The notes under the pieces: model-generated
The model's input: the letters and a program-made list of their open reading frames with translations, nothing else
What the model was told of the DNA's origin: nothing
Database searches by the model: none
Shown here: positions 63,989 through 64,000 of the stretch, piece by piece
Position numbering within the stretch: the first letter of the stretch is position 1
Layout: the number at the start of each line of letters is the position of its first letter
Made by a program: the position numbers and the translations under genes
Assembly: GCA_951406725.2 (NCBI GenBank)
Contig: OX597819.1
Span: 12,338,001 to 12,402,000 of the forward strand
Direction: 5' to 3'
Source: Octopus vulgaris
Taxonomy: Eukaryota
Length of the DNA stretch: 64,000 bases

Positions 63989-64000
63989 TTTGTATTTCTA

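Overview
AT-rich, intron-dominated animal genomic DNA. The SINE, RTE and (TA)n repertoire looks like an octopus (coleoid cephalopod); this is inferred, not proven. Three spliced genes were reconstructed by hand. (A) A minus-strand gene with six phase-consistent exons (23083 down to 1931, continuing off the left edge). It encodes a short N-terminal 'SEYEKLRLKNLADNRRVLAELGI' helix, a basic linker and an SRA/YDG methyl-CpG reader domain, with no UBL/TTD/PHD upstream, so it is not canonical UHRF1. (B) A plus-strand gene (coding exons 16027-16740 and 26544-27881, about 683 aa) with a CG-1 (CAMTA-type)-like DNA-binding domain and a degenerate MADS-like segment. A and B appear interleaved in antisense, each with an exon inside an intron of the other. 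(C) The last two exons of kintoun/DNAAF2 on the minus strand, carrying a GILK+RVxF PP1-docking module. The rest is repeats: several tRNA-derived SINE families, RTE and CR1-group LINE 3' fragments, non-autonomous Helitrons, hAT/Tc1/piggyBac-type MITEs, Penelope-type minimal hammerhead motifs, hairpins and long (TA)n tracts. Repeat boundaries are approximate unless a TSD or terminus is quoted. All protein-family calls come from motif recognition, not database searches.
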